Source: Candidatus Latescibacterota bacterium (GTDB lineage Bacteria > Latescibacterota > UBA2968 > SICM01). From it: a stretch of DNA of 64,000 bases. The translations under genes and the position numbers were made by a program. The stretch covers positions 224,001-288,000 of the forward strand of contig CBDCJO010000001.1 in the NCBI GenBank assembly GCA_965217865.1, written 5' to 3'. The notes under the pieces were generated by a model that did no database searches, was not told the origin of the DNA, and worked only from the letters and a program-made list of their open reading frames with translations. Of the stretch, positions 62,362-64,000 are shown in pieces (position 1 is the stretch's first letter; every line of letters starts with the position of its first letter).

Positions 62362-63600
62362 ATGGAGATCAGAGACAACAAGCTGCACCTGGGAAGCGTG
62401 TCGGTGGAGAAACTGGTCGCGGATTTCGGGAGTCCCCTTTTCGTCTACGAAGAGGAGATGCTCCGAAAGCGAATCAACGACCTGAAGGCCCACATCACCT
62501 ACCCCGAGCTTCGGATCCTTTACGCCTGCAAGGCCAACTCGAATCTCACCATCATGCGGATCCTCCGGGAGGAGGGCGCTTACCTGGATACCGTGGCCCC
62601 CGGCGAAGTGTTCCTTGCCCTGAAAGCCGGATACCGGACGGACCAGATCCTCTACACCGGGAACAGCACCTCCCGGTCGGATCTTGAATTCTGTAAAGCG
62701 CATGGCCTGCTCGTAAACGTGGAGTCCCTGACTCAGCTCGAGACCTACGGGGAGATGAATCCCGGCGCCCGGATCGCGATCCGGATCAATCCGGACATCG
62801 GGGCGGGACATCACGGGCACTGCATCACAGGCGGGCCGGACAGCAAATTCGGAATCTACCAGGATAAGATCGCCGACGTCATGGACATCGCAGGCCGTCA
62901 CGGGATGAAGATCGTGGGCCTGCACAGCCATATCGGCTCGGGAATCCTCGACACCGCGATCTACCTCGAAGTCATGGACATCGTCCTTCAATTCGCACGG
63001 AACTTTCAAGGCCTGGAGTTCATAGACTTCGGAGGCGGAATCGGGATCCCCTATTCCCCGGACGAAAGGCCCATCGACATGCCTACCTTTGGAGAGGCGG
63101 TGGGGGGCAAGTTTTCCGACTACGTGAAAAAGACCGGAGAAGGAATGACCCTTGCGATCGAGCCTGGTCGGTATCTGGTGTGCGAATCAGGCTTCCTTCT
63201 GGCGACCGTGAACAACACAAAGGAGACCCCGAAGCACAAATTCGTGGGCACGGACACCGGATTCCATCACCTCATCCGTCCGATGGCCTACGGATCCTAC
63301 CACGAGATCATCAACGCCTCGAACGTTGAGGACGGGAGCGAGCCGGTCGTGGTTGCGGGAAACATCTGCGAATCGGGAGACGTATTCACCAGGGACGAGC
63401 ACGGACCCTTGGACCGCGAGATCCCCAGGGTGCAAGTCGGAGACATCCTTGCGATATGCAACGCCGGCGCCTACGGGTTTTCGATGTCTTCCAACTATAA
63501 CTGCCGGACCCGCCCCGCGGAGGTCCTCGTGAAGGACGGTGATGCGAGGGTCATTCGGGAAGCCGAGCCGATGGAGAATCTCCTGTGGGGGATGGAATAA
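62362..63600 (+). CDS. lysA: Diaminopimelate decarboxylase
   Basis: YACKAN, HIGS, EPGRY, CESGD, GAYG..MSSNYN. Confidence 0.95.
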   Translation: MEIRDNKLHLGSVSVEKLVADFGSPLFVYEEEMLRKRINDLKAHITYPELRILYACKANSNLTIMRILREEGAYLDTVAPGEVFLALKAGYRTDQILYTGNSTSRSDLEFCKAHGLLVNVESLTQLETYGEMNPGARIAIRINPDIGAGHHGHCITGGPDSKFGIYQDKIADVMDIAGRHGMKIVGLHSHIGSGILDTAIYLEVMDIVLQFARNFQGLEFIDFGGGIGIPYSPDERPIDMPTFGEAVGGKFSDYVKKTGEGMTLAIEPGRYLVCESGFLLATVNNTKETPKHKFVGTDTGFHHLIRPMAYGSYHEIINASNVEDGSEPVVVAGNICESGDVFTRDEHGPLDREIPRVQVGDILAICNAGAYGFSMSSNYNCRTRPAEVLVKDGDARVIREAEPMENLLWGME

Positions 63601-63616
63601 GCCAGGGGCCAGGGAA

Positions 63617-63711
63617 ATTGAAGATTGAATATCGGAGAATTGAATGTTTGAACAATTCACGACTTTCATGGAAGTCCTTCAATATTCAATCTTCAGTATT
63701 CAATCTTCAAT
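63617..63711. repeat. Palindromic element of 7-bp tandem units (ATTGAAG/T ... TTCAATA/C)
   Basis: Left arm 63617-63652, right arm 63678-63711; outer 15 bp perfectly complementary. Confidence 0.85.
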
Positions 63712-63726
63712 AGGAAAGGAGCATCC

Positions 63727-64000
63727 ATGATCGAAACCATGCTCTTGACCGGTGCGAACAACCACGACTGGAAACGCTCCGCCCCTTTCTTCAAGAAACT
63801 CCTTGAGGACACTGGACGCTTCCGCGTGGATCTGACGAAAGATCCGTCTGGTTCGCTTGGGGATCGCTCCGCCCTCGGGCGCTATGGCCTCTTCTTCCTC
63901 GACTACAACGGCGAGTCCTGGTCCGATGACGCCCGCACCAATTTTATAGAAGCCGTGCGGGAAGGGACCGGGGTCACCATCCTGCACGCATCGGACAATG
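63727..64000 (+). CDS. ThuA-like domain protein (3' partial; not in ORF track)
   Basis: MIETMLLTGANNHDWK...FLDYNG...GTGVTILHASDN; SD AAAGGAG. Confidence 0.75.
   Translation, partial: MIETMLLTGANNHDWKRSAPFFKKLLEDTGRFRVDLTKDPSGSLGDRSALGRYGLFFLDYNGESWSDDARTNFIEAVREGTGVTILHASDN

Overview
Bacterial chromosomal window of moderately high GC. The gene content and RpoC/TPR/dockerin-like signatures suggest an FCB-related lineage such as Ca. Latescibacterota (inference). About half (8.5-39.7 kb, minus strand) is an uninterrupted tRNA-rpmG-secE-nusG-rplKAJL-rpoBC-str-S10-spc-alpha supercluster. The flanks carry housekeeping genes (lexA, dprA, rlmD, ygfZ-like, queA, ispDF, cysS, pyrKD, a split carB, nnr, acpS, dapL, lysA) and several poorly characterised genes. 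No CRISPR array, prophage or transposase was seen. The most unusual signals: (1) a self-contained transcription unit whose 42-aa histone-H1-like ORF, missed by the ORF track, is clamped inside a ~40-bp long-range inverted repeat; (2) a ~205-nt nested-hairpin element upstream of dprA; (3) a PqqD-MpsC-MpsC(frameshifted)-DUF5069 cluster; (4) a beta-barrel protein with an inserted dockerin-like module; (5) substitutions at antibiotic-relevant conserved residues in RpoB and S12; (6) over half of the ribosomal-cluster genes starting with GTG/TTG. All family calls are from motif recognition by eye; no database search was run.
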